From Wallemia ichthyophaga EXF-994 (lineage: Eukaryota > Fungi > Basidiomycota), in contig NW_008806278.1 of the NCBI RefSeq assembly GCF_000400465.1, positions 90,001 through 122,000 of the forward strand: 32,000 nucleotides of DNA, written 5' to 3'. Positions 12,268-23,254 of this stretch are shown piece after piece. Made by a program: the position numbers and the translations under genes. Every line of letters starts with the position of its first letter. The stretch's first letter is position 1. Below the pieces are notes generated by a model. It did not search any database, had not been told where the DNA came from, and saw nothing but the letters and a program-made list of their open reading frames with translations.

Positions 12268-13319
12268 AGTGGTCAGTGTCTATTCAATTTAATTTTGCTT
12301 TTCGGGATCTCATGACATGGAACTTTAGACTTGCTTTTTTAATGTCTCACTAATGTAATGATATATATCCTTAATTCCTCATAGACTTTGTGCTCACTCG
12401 CCATCACTAAAAGTAAGACTGCATTACATCATTGATGAGCCCATGATGAGTTCATGAGATTGAGGTGTGGTTTGCACTGTAATATACACTATATGGCCTG
12501 AGTATTGTTTTCACAGGTAAAAGGGCTCCAAAGCAATACCCAAATCAGCTATGCATCCAATATCAACAGAGTTGCACTTTCGTTCTGACACACATTTCAG
12601 CAACTGGCTGATTTACGACTTTTCATGATCTCCAAATAAGAAAAGCTTGATGAGTAGCCCTGATCGCGATATAGAACTTCATGTTCAAATGACGGCCTTG
12701 GGTTGCTATCTCGACTTGCAAGCCATTCGGCCGTTTAGATCCGGCATCGCTCTGGGGCACGAGGCAGAGCAGATTGAAGACGTTTTACGGGATTATTCAA
12801 GGAGCCTTTTTATTGAGCATATTGAAACTGTAAATACTTCAATGGCTCATGTATTCGGCGCTATAAAGGTGTGGTATTTTTTCCGATGCGTGGCGTTCAC
12901 AACTCTTATCGTTGGCTTCTGGAAAGAAGTAAGACAACTTTAATTTCATGATGAACCTACAAATAATTAATCATACAAAGAAAGTGGGGGTCAGCCAAAC
13001 TCTGAAACGACTGTTTGGCTTCACCAGGTGCATTTCGAAAACCCACTTAATGCAGTTAAAGATGTGGTAGAGGTCTCATTGGAATCGCAGAAGGAAAAAT
13101 GGTATCATCATGATAAAAAAGAGCTCACATTTGAAGTTTGAAGAAGAACATTTTCTAATAGACTGTAAGACTTTCTAGCATTATTTGAGATGGCACCATC
13201 AAAGAAAACTTCACCACTGTGATCACGATGCCAATATTAAGCAGCTTTGGGTATATTTTATTTTCCAACACTCATCTGATGACATCACTTTTTGATCTTT
13301 TTATCCCATATCGTCGACA

Positions 13320-14417
13320 ATGCCAATTAAAATCGGATTAGTAGGCGCTGGAGAAGTAACACAGACGATTGTTCTTCCCAATCTCAGGCTATTGTCCGAT
13401 CTCTACGAGGTGAATGCACTATGCGATATCTCCCAGCAGACACTCGAGCACGTCTCCACCAAGTTCAACATCAAACAAACATACACCGACTACACTCAGA
13501 TGATTGAAGAGGGTGATATTGAGGCGGTAATGGTGTTAACAGCTGACGAATACCATGCTCCAATCGCAGTCGAGGCTCTGCAACACAAGAAGGCAGTCTT
13601 CGTTGAGAAGCCGATGGCATTATCGCAGCAAGCCGCTGCTTTGATCATTAAAGCACGCGATGAGAACAACGGCGTCGTTTTTGTCGGATATCAGCGCAGA
13701 TACTCTCCAGCATTCGAGGAGGCTGTCCAAATAGTGAGGGGAATGTCATCGATCTCCTACTGCAGGGTAAGAGATATAATCGGGCCCAACAGCATCTTTG
13801 TTGGACAGTCAGGGACGTTCCCACGCAAGTATACAGATTTCCCTGAAACCTCATCAGCGGATATGAAGAGGCGCTCGAGCGAGATAGCGGAACAGGCACT
13901 CGGGAGTGCTGAGACCGATAGTCAGGCGTACAATCTGTACAGACTGCTAGGATCGCTCGGCTCACACGACCTCTCGGCTATGAGAGAATTATTAGGCATT
14001 CCCAAGGGCGTTTGTGGTGTTTCAAACACCACTCCGTCTAATGCCGGTGGCTTCTTTACGGCCATGTTTGATTATGGCGGGTTCGTCGCAATGTACGAGA
14101 CAGGCGTTGACCAGGTGGGCTTGTTCGACGCGCACATAGAAGTGTATGGAGATGGAAAGAGAGTAAAGGTAGAATTTGACACCCCATATGTCAAGGGATT
14201 GCCTGTAAAGCTGGTCGTGGGCGAGAGCGATAAGGACGGAAGATACATTGAGCGCGTTGTCAGACCCACGTACGAAGACGCATATACTATCGAGTACAAG
14301 GCATTCTACGATGCTGTTCGAAATGGTAAGCAGTACAAGACTACAGCTGACGACGCCAGGTGTGATTTAGAAATATTCAAAATGATAACTGATGCATTTG
14401 TAAGGCAAGACAAGTAA
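13320..14417 (+). CDS. Gfo/Idh/MocA family NAD(P)-dependent oxidoreductase (myo-inositol dehydrogenase-like), intronless
   Basis: Rossmann motif IKIGLVGAG, TADEYH, VFVEKPMA and VFVGYQRRYSP; single 365-aa ORF. Substrate cannot be determined from sequence. Confidence 0.9.
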   Translation: MPIKIGLVGAGEVTQTIVLPNLRLLSDLYEVNALCDISQQTLEHVSTKFNIKQTYTDYTQMIEEGDIEAVMVLTADEYHAPIAVEALQHKKAVFVEKPMALSQQAAALIIKARDENNGVVFVGYQRRYSPAFEEAVQIVRGMSSISYCRVRDIIGPNSIFVGQSGTFPRKYTDFPETSSADMKRRSSEIAEQALGSAETDSQAYNLYRLLGSLGSHDLSAMRELLGIPKGVCGVSNTTPSNAGGFFTAMFDYGGFVAMYETGVDQVGLFDAHIEVYGDGKRVKVEFDTPYVKGLPVKLVVGESDKDGRYIERVVRPTYEDAYTIEYKAFYDAVRNGKQYKTTADDARCDLEIFKMITDAFVRQDK

Positions 14418-14445
14418 ATAAATAAAGTGCAAGTATGAGTAAATA

Positions 14446-15488
14446 TTAAAGTCCAGAATACTGCTTCTGCTTGTACTGTTGTAGAACAGGGTCCGGCTTG
14501 CGCTTATGCAGCTCGGGATCACCGAAATGGAAGCCATGTACCTTTGCGCGTCGCGCAAGAGCCTGTCGCAGTGGATCAGTGTAAGGTGTCCTGAGTCTCC
14601 ATGCAATCTTGTGAGGTTTATCGTGCAGTACTTCCTCCATCTCTGGGAGATGCGTTGACTTTTTGTCGTATTTCCAGTGTTTGTCCCAATCAAGTTTTGG
14701 AGGGTGCATGATGAGCTCGGCTAACATCTTGCGCATGGCACGCTCACTGAAGTTTGCAACCTTGTCGACATTGATGTTCACCGACCACTCCGGGTAGTTG
14801 TGAAGTGTGTATCCGAGTGATTTGAAATAAGTGTATGGGTTAAGGAGGAGGTCTTTTGGGAATCGTTTGTGAGCAGTGCGGAGACTCCATCCCCTACTGA
14901 CATGCTCACTTCGAACTTGAGCTTGATGTAAAGCTTGCAAGAGTATTCTGTGTATCTGCTGTTTCATGACAGTGTTTGAAACGACATAGGTGAATCCTTT
15001 TGTGTTCTCTATAATTTCCATATTGCGCTTGTCGTCGTCAATTCTTGCTTGCTGTTCAGGAGTCTTTTGTTTGACTCTCCAGCGTGCCAGTTCATCGAGT
15101 ATATTGCTACGCTGCTCACGCTTGACAAAAGGATTTGGAGAGAACTTGATGTTGTTGCTCCTGGCGTATTCGGTGAGTAGAGTGTCCTGGACATAGAGCT
15201 GTATCGTTTTCTGCCAGTAGTTCATCTCCGTGCGCAACTGTTTCTCGCCGACTACAGCGCCTGTTCTTCGAATAGACTGGTTGAATTTGTCACTGACATA
15301 ATCCTTTAAATCACCTTGCTTGTACTTCTCGATAGCGTCTTTGTGGTTCACGTTGCTAAGTGGGTGGCCCAGCGAGAGTGTGTAGCTGAGATTCAGAGCG
15401 TTGACAGATGCCTGAAAGTCTATTTAAGTGGCTATTATAAGACGCTAGAAGATTCACGCACGCTCGTTGCGAAATATCTCCTGATCAT
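14446..15488 (-). CDS. Hypothetical, probably mitochondrial protein; exons 15488-15462, 15411-14446
   Basis: The 301-aa ORF lacks an upstream ATG. A 50-nt GTGCGT..CAG intron (15461-15412) links it in frame to MIRRYFATS|ASVNAL, a presequence-like start. No family recognised. Confidence 0.7.
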
Positions 15489-15729
15489 CTTGCTCGCGGT
15501 TAGAGATAAGTGAGATGAAGCAAGTGTGGGATCAAGAGAAAAAGATATTAAAACTCAATTAGTCAACCTAAGCACCACTCTCACCTTCAATCACATCTCT
15601 CTTCTCCTCCGCGCCTTTTGTTTTTTCATCGACCAATTCCCAACACATTGGCATTGATTCACGGCAACGAAATTGCGATTTTTGGGCACGAGCTGCACGA
15701 TGTGCTTTAAATTTTCGACTCTTATCTAA

Positions 15730-16960
15730 TATCCAATTCTATACACAGAATCAACACCTCCAAGAATCATTGTTAGCCTGGGCGTTGAAGTCGACGCTAA
15801 ATCGTCTACCAAGACAGCCCTCGGTAAGTTCTGCTACCCTTCAGACTTCCTCGGCAGCGCCAAATACATTGACAGCACCAACGAGACACACAGAGCCATT
15901 TTCGCCCTGAAAAAGCTCGATATCAACTGGCTTAGCATCTCCTTCGAAAATATGAATACAGCGCTCCTCGAGCGTAGCTCAGAGCCACGCGACCTATACA
16001 CACTTAGCATAAACACTAATTAAGTCACTGCTAAAGTATACGCCAAAGTCGACGATATCGTCGCACTTTTCAGTGGCGTGAAGGATCTGAAACATCTTGA
16101 GCTTAACTGTGAGGTTGCGGATGTATGTACCTAGCTGGCAAAAATATCAAAACAAATTGTTAGAGAGGTTAGGAATACGATGCCAATCGCTTAAATTCAT
16201 AGAGACCATCACCGATGGTGTTAAGACATCTTGGGAAATCTCGCAATTGAAAAATTACGGCAATAGATGGGCAGTGCCTAGACAGAAGAACCGCACTGAA
16301 TTCTAGCGCACTTCGAACAGTTTTAATCCATTCACAGCTCAAAAAACAACTTTGACGGACGCAGATAGGCAAGTCTTAGCGGTATACCGTCGTATTCTTC
16401 ACTAAATTCCCCGAAGCCGCTTTCACAACCTACTCGGGCTTCCCGTCTTATGATGGCATGAACAACCTGATAAACACCAATCCAATTGATCACTAATATA
16501 TGTCCATGTATGTATATGGAATGAACATTGGGATGCACGATGTGATGCACAGCGCAATACAAATTGAGATGAAAAATGGGATGCACAACTATATGACTTA
16601 AGTGTACGGCCCAGGTGGCAGGCCTATGTCTGAGCTCTTCCTGCTACTTCACTTTCGATCGCTTGAGGACAACATTTCAGCGACTACCTTGAGTGGGCAT
16701 AAGAGGACTACAACCTTGCCGCTTACCAGAGTGGTATGTCATTAAGCCTTATTGCATGCTCCCCTCTTTTCCCCCCCCCCCCAGCATAGTAAGAGATATC
16801 AAGCTACATCATTTCACAGGCGTAAACATCCATTTTCCTTGTATTTACAGGCTCGTTATTGGCGTTCTCGCCGCACTTTTAGTCGCTTTATTCCTGGACT
16901 ATCAACCTGATAACCTTGAATGTGTTATACATTGCTTTGCTACAAATACAGTTGTGTTAT
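15730..16960 (+). pseudogene. Possible decayed or unmodelled gene
   Basis: Open frame 15730-16020 continues after one TAA to 16131, then a shifted frame 16097-16306. A well-formed intron-like element lies at 16734-16784. No coherent full gene model was obtained. Confidence 0.25.
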
Positions 16961-16970
16961 GGATTATTAT

Positions 16971-19900
16971 TCATTCACGTGTCTTGCTTCCGCTAGTTCG
17001 GCTGTGCATACGCTTCAGTGTCGCATCTAGCATCGACGACTTGTTCTTGTACTTGGCCATCACTTTCTGTCGTAGCATCTCGAGTCTGTCTTGAGCTGGT
17101 GATGCCTCTTCCGAGGATGAGGACTCAGACGCGAAAGAAGATGTTGAGGATGATGAGGTGGAAGATTTAGTCTGCACGCTGTCAGATGATAGGTCAATTG
17201 GTCCGCTGATATGGCGATTTTGAGAGTGAAAGCTTCGTCCATTACTGCTCGAGGGATTGATATTGGGTTTGCGACTGTGATCTTGCCCATTTGACTTTAC
17301 AGTCTTTCGAAAATTCTCTCCTTTTTTCAACATCCCCTGTTTTTGCTCCATTTCTCCTTTCTTTTTCCTTTCTTCAACCTCTTTTTCCATCCTCCTTAAA
17401 TTTGTATGCTCTTGCGTCTTATCTGTCTTATTATCACTGGGTAGCGCAATATATCTCTGTTTCCCCTTTTCGCGTATTTTACTATTCTTTTCACCATTTT
17501 TTTTATCTTTACGCTCTACACGAGCTACATAAGAATCTGCCTTGGTGTACGTACTTGTTTCCATCCATTGTGCAACCTTTAAGATAGGGTCAGCCCGAGC
17601 GCCGTGTCCCGTCAAATCGCTCAATGTGCTTTTGCGACGTGTAATACCAGCATTAGGGTGGGCTTGTTTGGGTTGTAAATTACTTTTAGACGATAAAGGT
17701 TGAGGAGCAGATTTCGAGAGCGGGTTTTGAGAGCTTTCTTCCTGTTCTTTGAGTAGTTGTATTTGGGGTATAGATTTAGAAGGCTTTGGTGCTGCTGATT
17801 CGTTAGTCACTTCACTCGATTTGTGAATGAGGGCGTTGTTGCTGAGAGGTGGTGATTGTTGCCTAGCCGCGGAAGTTTTAGCTATATTACTTTCATCGTC
17901 TTCCGACGTTTCATCGAAATCAATCACATGCGATAATCTACGTTGACTTTTACGTGGCATGCTTAACTGATTCAAAGGAGTAGCTTCCATCAACGTACTC
18001 TTGCGCTTCGACAGTGTTGATCTATTAGATAATTTTTCGAGTGCTTTAGATGTAGGCTGTGGCTGCGACGTTGATAATTGTCTTGGTAAAGAGCGCCTTG
18101 TTTTGGGACTACGCAGAGGTGGATTTTTATCACGAATATTCGAGAAAGAAGATAAAGGCTTGCGCTGTTCCTGCAGATTTTCCGGTGGCGCCGATGAGAC
18201 AAGGTCTTGTGTTGGCTTTCTCTCATATCCAAGTTTTTCTTGTCGCTTTGGATGATTCAATGAGTCGAAATCACTACTTTCACGGGAGAAAAACTTCGTA
18301 TCTGCCTGATTTAGTTGCTCGACGTGTTTCAGCTGTGCTTCGTGCTCCGAGTGATCGTTCTCACTTTGACTAGGACTGGACATAGGCACTAATTTCGTGC
18401 GCTTCTTTTTTTGTAAATGTTGACTGGCCGGTTTGACAGATTTGGGCTTGTGTTTGATTAAAGCAACGAGATCATCACTTAGGTTCGTCATAACGGCGTC
18501 ACTCTCGCTGTTACTCTCATTGCCCTTTCTGACCCTGCTTGTAGTCACCCGCTCGCTCCCTTCCGAAGATTCGGGTGACTGGTGATAGTACTCACTGGAG
18601 TCTTCCTGAGGAGCTGGAAGCGACTCTTTAACTTCTAAATCTTTAGTTTCAGTACCACTGATCAGTGTTTCTTCTTCTTGACTACTACTAACACCCATAT
18701 CACCCTCATCATCACCCTCTCTCCTTTGCCTCCAGTCGCGCTTGACGACGAATGGAGAGCCAAATCCAAAGAGTTTGTTTTGCGCCTGAAATCGGAAAGT
18801 GGAACCAATCGGTTGGTTCGGACCGAGTGCAATCTTTGCCTTTTGTTGATTTGTTTGTGGAGTCTGTATTTGGTTGAAGCGATTTGTTGACATTAATTTG
18901 CGATGCGATTGCAGTCTTTCATCAGGATAAGGTGTAAAGTCAATCACCGTCGAATTAATCTTCTTTGGCGTTTTGTATGTCGTAGTCTGCACGAAGTTCA
19001 CCTTCAATTCCTCAAATTTTGTCTCAGCAATGTGCTTCTTGTCTCTTAATGTCGCATAATCATACCCATCCACTGATATGAAATTATCCACCGCTTTGCG
19101 CAAAATACAGAGCTGGACTGGGAGTAAGTTATTTTCTCCAAGTACGTCAATCAGGATACGGGCACTAGAGTAAGACTTTCCGAGTAATAGGTCAAGGTTG
19201 AACATGTCAAGCGCTTCAGATAAAGAACGATTCAGGAAGGGAATACGCGAAATCTGATTGATGTACGTAACGAGAATCTCAGATAGGAAATGGTTGCTAT
19301 GGAATATTGTAAGAGCTGCCGAGCATAGATTCAAGCCTATGTAAAACCACTCGCGATATGACGGCTCTTTGATAATAAGATCGGCTGTCTCGACAGCTAG
19401 TGATAGTAACACGCTCTGTGCACTTGGCATTGAATTGTTCAAAGCAATTTCAAAGAGAGATTTTGGTATTTCAATGTCGAGCCACTTTCGCAGTTTTAAA
19501 GGTGGTATGGGTGACTGATAGCATGATTCGAAGATGGACTGTATCAGAGGAGATGTGTCCTGGATTTCTGAAGTATGGCTCTTGAAGCTACGTATGCTTT
19601 CGACTGCCCGGCAAGTTGCCAGTGCTGGCTCGTATGCGGGAATTAGTTTGATAAGCGAGCGATTAACTTGGGCACCGCCGTTGAATTTATCACACATGTT
19701 GCTGATGTAGTCAGGAGGTGGTAGCGTGGGACTTGAGAAAGCGGATAAAAGAGACTGATGGACTATGTCTTGAAATTCAAGACTGTGTGCGCGAGTTGTG
19801 GGCAGCAATGACGACACAGTTGCGTGATGATTGGAGAGAATATCACTCAAGAATAGCAAAGACAGAGCATGAGAAGGCACTAGCAGACTTGAATATGTTA

Positions 19901-20541
19901 TCTTAATTTCACGCGCGATAACAACACTCACGTTCTCAGATGGGCAGGTACGCAGCTGTAAACATAGTCAACTACCTCCATTTTGCGTGCTTCTAATTCG
20001 ATCTTGCCAAGATTACTTTGGTCACCATACTCAACGTAGCTAAGATCATAATTGATTATCGAATAGCCGACTACTTTGGCGGAGAGTTGGGTGAGTGAAG
20101 GGAAAGCATTAGTTGGCTTATTGAGCTCGAGAATGTTCACAAAAGCCATTCTGAGCGCCTGGATGTGATCCATGAGCTCTGCGAATTGATTTATCAGAAA
20201 AACGCGTGTGTTTGTCCCGATCACGACTCACGGCGGAGATTGATACCGTCGAGAGAGCCGCTTCTAGCATTGAAGAGTTTGTCAGTGGCAGCGATGTTAG
20301 GCAGAATTTTGAGACTTTTCCAATTGTTGTCGCGCTGCTTGGAAGAGTAGCTGAATCTGCTGCCATCTCTACGTGGCTCCTCGGCGCCGTTGTTGCGCTT
20401 ACTGACTAAATCCTCTAATAATTTTAGCTTTGATTTTAAATTCCTAAGCAATCTATGAATTCTTCTAAGTTGGCTGTCTTCGTCAGTCATTGAAGACTTG
20501 AGAGATACGCGCGCGCCTGGTTTCTGGCTCTTGACTTTCAT
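16971..20541 (-). CDS. Large hypothetical protein (about 1150 aa): N-terminal helical region plus long Ser/Lys/Pro-rich disordered tail; exons 20541 (or 20490)-20232, 20178-19932, 19887-16971
   Basis: Three ORF-track fragments join in frame through two GTGAGT introns (20231-20179, 53 nt; 19931-19888, 44 nt). The start is either ATG 20541 or ATG 20490. No family recognised. Confidence 0.75.
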
Positions 20542-20547
20542 CACTGA

Positions 20548-23071
20548 ATGAGCACGCTGAACAACAGCACATCAGTGACAATAGCATCAGCGTTCAATTT
20601 GGCTATGGAGCAAAGACAGCAGCAGAATCAGAACCAGTACAGAAGACACACGAGATCGCGTTCTAAGTCTGTCATTTCCGAGGACTCGCAGCCATCCGTC
20701 AAAGAGAGCCATTTAATTCTGTCTACCCAGAACAGGCAGCCCTCCGAATCCGATCTCAGCGACAGCTACGACTATCAGCCCGAAGACCAGATCGTCAGAG
20801 ATCTCGAGCAGCGCGATCAGCAGCGCAAGAAGAAAGGTCAGTGGTTGGCTGATAAACTTCCCCAATACTCGCCCTCTGATAATTCAATCACCCCGAGCTC
20901 GAATAAGGAAAACGCTCAGACCCCTTTAGGCTCGAACAACTCCCAATCAAAGTCGTTTCAGGGGCCAGATAGTGTTTTGGGTAAGAGGGTTAGAAGGCGT
21001 TCGCGCCATTTGGATAATGATCAAGACCAAGACGACGAGGAAGAAGACTTCTACCAACCTCGTGAAGAAGACAGCGGCGACGATCACATTCTCTCAGACG
21101 AAGGCAAAGACAGATCCAAGAAATGGCCCAAGTCTCGTCTGCAATTTAAAACCGTCGTCGATGGCAAATCAAACAAAAGAAAAAAGTCGAGGAAGTCTAG
21201 AGGCTCAAATGCTTCAGATGTCGCGAGCGAAATATCTCTAGACTATAGAGAATCGAGCGCTTCGAATGACCATAAACCTTCCGAATCGCTAGACGATCAA
21301 TCTGTTTCTGTGCAGGATGATTACAGTGTAGATATTCTCCCACCAGACGACAATTTTAGCGCCCCTCCTCCTCCTCCTCCGCCAGCGCCAAAACCAACTC
21401 AGCTTCCGAAATCTTTAAAAGCGACTGAACCTCTTCGTGCCCCTGCGATGCCGCCTCCTCCACTACCAAAAGCTGCTTCACCAAAGAAGCAGCCTACTCG
21501 CAGACTAGCCTCACCTCCAAAATCTAATATACCACCACATACACCGAAGAAATCACTGCTACAAATTCTCGCGCTTACAGCTTACGTCCCTGTAGTAGCT
21601 GCTAAAATATTCGCCAAAAACATAACCAACCACAAGAAATCGGTCGGTGTACTGCTCCTAGCAGCTGCATTGATTGTGGTGTCTAGATCTAGCGATGCTT
21701 CTATATCCAACTACATACCCAGTGTCAATCTAGGCGGCTCTTCGGAACCAATCGACGTCTCAGTCAAAGACTTCCAGAAGCTGTCGAGAGGTACCCAGAA
21801 CCTGCAGCATATGATTGAGACCTTGAACAAAGATATGCAGCAGGTGAAGACGCGCGTCAAATATGGCGAGGATGCCCATGTGCAGATGCAATCGATACAA
21901 AACAAACTTGACGACATCACCAATACCCAATTAACTGAGTTGCAAGTCAGCAGGATCGTTGAGAAGCTCCTGCCTCACAGATTGCTTGTGAGAAAGTCAC
22001 CAACAGGGGAAGCAATAATCGACGATGCATTTTGGAAGGCTCTAAGGAGCGTGTTTGAAACCCAAAACACCATCTCGAATCCGAACTGGGATGAGTTCAT
22101 CCGTGAAAACTCCGATAAGCTCAAACAATGGTTATATAGCGAAGGTGGCGTGGATGAGCAGGTAGTGAATAAATTAGAGTTTATGAATTTAGTGGATGAA
22201 CGTGTCAGATCTTTTGTTAGCAACGCGTCATCCAAGAAGAGCGGTTTGAATTCATGGTTCAGGGGTGGAGGATCGATGCCATCTTCCGAAGAGCTGCAAA
22301 ACACGGTCAGCGATATTGTCGAATCCTCCTTGCGGCGCTACAGTGCAGATACCATTGGTAAAACTGATTATGCACTCTTTACAGCTGGTGCCAGAGTGAT
22401 ACCGTCTCAAACATCACCAACGTACTCAATTACGCCTGTGAGCTTTGTGAGGAAAGTGTTGGGTAAGATGCTCGGCAGTGGTACCAGAGCGTATGGTCGT
22501 CCACCTGTCACTGCTCTTCATCCAGACACCAATGTTGGAATGTGCTGGTCGTTCCATGGCTCAGCTGGAGCGATAGGTGTCAAGCTGGCAAGACCGGCTG
22601 TACCCATTTCTGGATACACAATTGACCACGCGTCTCCTTTGCTCGTTCAAGATCGCTCGTCGGCGCCACAAACAGTCGAATTGTGGGGAATATCCGATGA
22701 CCAGAATCAGATTGAGAAAATCAAGGAAATCAACGAAGAGGTTATCGAGGAAATCAGTCGGGAGTATTCTGTTAATGAAGCTGCACCAGCTGGAAACTCA
22801 GCTTTGCTTGCTGTCGACACGTACGACCTCAACAAACATCACATACAAACGTTCGAAGTTAGAAATATTGTCAAAGAAATGGACTTCCGCGCTGATGCTG
22901 TTGTTTTGAGAGTTAATGATAATCACGGTAATAAGCATCATACGTGTTTATGTGAGTGTGGTTTCTCTTCAGTAGTATCAGCGTTAATAAACTCTCGCAG
23001 ATCGCTTAAGAGTTCATTCTACTGATGACGGAAGAAGTGTATTAGACGATGATAACATCGATCAGTCGTAA
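20548..23071 (+). CDS. SUN-domain (Sad1/UNC-84) inner nuclear membrane / spindle pole body protein; exons 20548-22951, 23001-23071
   Basis: C-terminal SUN motifs DYALFTAGARVIPSQTSPTY, PPVTALHPDTNVGMCWSF and SSAPQTVELWG, ending in NHGN..HTCLY|RLRVH after a 49-nt intron. Hydrophobic segment VGVLLLAAALIVV is followed by a coiled coil. Confidence 0.9.
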
Positions 23072-23254
23072 CGCCACGATTGATACCAGGTACTCAATAC
23101 GGGTAGTTATGCACAAAACAAATGTACAAATGTGGGTGTTCTTTTTGCTCTTAGCTAAGTTGACGTCTTGAATAGACCAAGATAGATGTGTTAAATATTC
23201 GGCGTGGCACTTTCTCAAGTAATCTGTAAATGAATTGTTGATACATGGTTATGT

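Noticed and set aside
12440-12505. C/D box snoRNA (ATGATGA ... CTGA)
   Set aside because: No terminal stem and no rRNA-complementary guide I can recognise; such short boxes occur by chance.
16307-16733. RIP-like or CpG-deaminated continuous pseudogene frame
   Set aside because: The frame reads somewhat protein-like, but stops occur about every 18-20 codons, which cannot be distinguished from random sequence.
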